A DNA stretch of 64,000 nt from NCBI RefSeq assembly GCF_009914755.1, contig NC_060931.1. The stretch is one strand, 5' to 3'. Shown one piece after another: positions 59,032-64,000 of this stretch. A program made the translations under genes and the position numbers. Numbering within the stretch: the stretch's first letter is position 1; each line of letters starts with the position of its first letter. The notes under the pieces were generated by a model that did not search any database, was not told the origin of the DNA, and worked only from the letters and a program-made list of their open reading frames with translations. This DNA comes from the human T2T-CHM13v2.0 reference genome, Homo sapiens.

Positions 59032-59422
59032 TGCTATGGTTTAAATGTTTGTCTCCTAAACTCATGTTGAAATTTAATTGCCATTGTGACAGTATTAAGA
59101 AGTGAGATCTTTAAGAGGTCATTAGGTCATGAGAGCCTTTCCTTCATGAATAGATAAATGTCATTATCATGGGAATGGGTTTGTTATTATAAGAGTGGAT
59201 TCCTTATAAAAGGACAAGTTCAGCTCCCCTTTGTCTCTCTTACCCTCTTCTTGCCCGTCTACCAGGGGATGACATGGCAAGAAAGCTCTTGCCATATTTG
59301 GTCCCTTGATCCTCAATCTTAGACATCCCAGCCTCCAGAACTGTGAGCCAATAAATTGCTGTTCATTATAAATTAGCCAGTTTGTGGTATTCTGTTATAA
59401 TAGCACAAAATAAAGTAAGACA
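59032..59422 (+). mobile_element. MaLR solo LTR (MST family)
   Basis: tgctatggtttaaatgtttgt...cagcctccagaactgtgagccaataaa...taagaca; 5-bp TSD ttaga (59027-59031 / 59423-59427). Confidence 0.9.
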
Positions 59423-60545
59423 TTAGATTTATTAGGACTTTTTTTGTGGCCTAACAATGATCTTTTCTAGAAAATGTTCCATGTGCAGTTGAGAAGAATG
59501 TATATCCTACAACTGATGGATGGAATGTTCTGTTTATGTCTGCTAGGTCTATTTGGTCTATTGTGTAATTTAAACCTTATGTGTCTTTATTGATTTTCTG
59601 TCTGCCAATAGTGGGATGTTGATGTCCCCTACGATTATTTTATTGCAGCCTATCTCTCTCTTCAGATCTATTAATATTTGCTTTCTATATGTAGATATTC
59701 CCATGTCAGGTCCATATACATTTATAAATGTTATGGATATAACAACTGTGGAATTGATCCCTTTATCCTCATACGATGACCTTCTTTGTCTCTTTTTACA
59801 TTTTGACTTAAAGTCTATTTTAACATGTCTAACATGTATAGCTACTCCTCCCTCTTTTGGTTTATATTTGCATGGAATATATATTTTTTCATCTCTTCAC
59901 TTTCAGTCTGTGTGTGTCCTTACAAGTGAAGTGAGTCTCTTGTAGGCAGCGTATTTTTTATCCATTCAGCCACTTATGTCTTTTGATTGGAGAATTTAAT
60001 CCATTTATATTCAAGATAATAATTGATAGATACAAATATTCTACTAACATTTTGTTAATTATTTTTTACTTGTTTTGTAGACCCTCTGTTCTTTTCTTCC
60101 TGTCTTGCTGTGTTCCTTTGTAGTTAAGTGATTTTCTCTGGTGGTATGTTTTTATTTCATGCTTTTTATTTTTTGTGTATCTACTATAGGTTTTTGCTTT
60201 GTGGTTACCATGAGGCTTACAGCAAACATAGGTATAGATATTTTATATTATATTAAGGTGATAACAACTGAATTTTGATTGCAAGAAGAAAACTCTGTAC
60301 TTTTACTACACTCTCCTCCCACATTTTGACTCTGTGTCACAATATGTATTTTCTTATATTGCATATCCCTTAACAAATTATTGTTTCTCTTGTTATTTTT
60401 AATAGTTTTTCTTTTAACCTTCATGTTAAAAATGTTAGTGATTTACACACCACCATTGCAGTATTAGATTATTCTGAATTTGACTGTGCACTTAACTCAC
60501 TTTTAACAGTGAGTTTCTTAGTTTCAGATGTTTTTGTGTTACTCG

Positions 60546-60945
60546 TGTTAAAATAAAGATTTAACACAAATTAAATTTAATACAGTTTAATTGAGCAACG
60601 AACAGTTCACAAATCAGGTAGGCCCCTCAACCAGAATAGATTCAGAGCAACTTTATGCTGCTGCATGATTGGAGAGGATTTACAGACACAAAAAAAATAG
60701 TGACGTACAGAAAATGGAAGTGAGGTACAGAAACAGATGAATTGGCTATAGCTCAGCATGCCACAATTGAGCACAATATAAACAGTTGGCTACCTTTTAT
60801 TGGCCAAAGCTTGGTGATAGGTATGAGAGTAGGTTACAGTCTATTTACACATCCAGATAGGTTGCTGTTCACTATGTATGAAGGAACCATTAGGCAGAAC
60901 TTAAAATATATAAGGAGACAGCTTTAGGCTAAACTTAATTTTATT
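60546..60945 (-). mobile_element. ERV1 (MER4-group) solo LTR, MER57-like
   Basis: Minus strand reads aaattaagtttagcctaaagctgtctccttatatattttaagttctgcctaa; ~400 bp interrupting the L1. Confidence 0.65.
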
Positions 60946-61389
60946 TTCATTAGCATCCTTTTCTGTCAGCTTGAAGAACTCCCTTCAGTTTTTCTTGTAA
61001 AACACGTCTGATGGTGATGAACTCCTTCAGTTTTTGTTTGGGAAAATCTTTATTTATACTTCATTTCTGAAGGACAGTTTTGCTGGATACAGTGTTCTTA
61101 CTTTGCAGATTTTTTTTCCCTTTCATACTTTGAATATATCAACCCACTCTCTCCTGATCTGTACAATTTCTGCTGAGAAATTTGCTGCTAGTCATATTCG
61201 AAATCCATTATGTGTTATTTGCTTCCCTTTCTATCTTCAGAATCCTCTCTTTGTCTTTGGTTTTTGACAGTTTGATTACAAGATTACTTTGGGTAGCTTT
61301 GTTTGGATTGAATCTGACTGGAGACCATTGATCATCCTGTACCTGGATATTTACATTTTTCTCCAAATTTGGAAAGCTTTCTGCTGTTA

Positions 61390-64000
<2,611 letters not shown>

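Overview
Primate (most likely human) genomic DNA from the 5' part of DYNC1I1 (cytoplasmic dynein 1 intermediate chain 1), transcribed on the + strand. Four coding exons are readable: 10585-10701 (ATG at 10594), 16256-16370, 19060/19111/19144-19201 (three in-frame acceptors) and a 60-nt symmetric cassette exon at 33923-33982. The promoter/first exon and the exons encoding the light-chain-binding and WD40 regions lie outside the window. The rest is intron rich in transposable elements: a full-length antisense L1PA2/L1PA3-type LINE-1 (37837-43858, 13-bp TSD, disabled ORF1/ORF2 but intact ORF0), older L1s, many Alus, Charlie1a, MER5, Tigger-family elements and solo LTRs. There are no prokaryotic-type systems, CRISPR arrays or recognisable RNA genes. 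Main unexplained signals: (1) the L1 ORF0 frame is in phase with the DYNC1I1 reading frame, both as an antisense-promoter fusion and as a stop-free 291-nt candidate cassette exon; (2) a 37-nt candidate poison microexon whose donor is buried in a perfect 14-bp hairpin; (3) a candidate cryptic exon upstream of a (TG)28 tract; (4) two local A-spacer-A' duplications flanking the cassette exon; (5) a possible ancient L1 3' transduction; (6) several template-switch-like palindromes. These are hypotheses from reading the sequence. Repeat subfamily names are recalled from consensus sequences and boundaries of old repeats are approximate.
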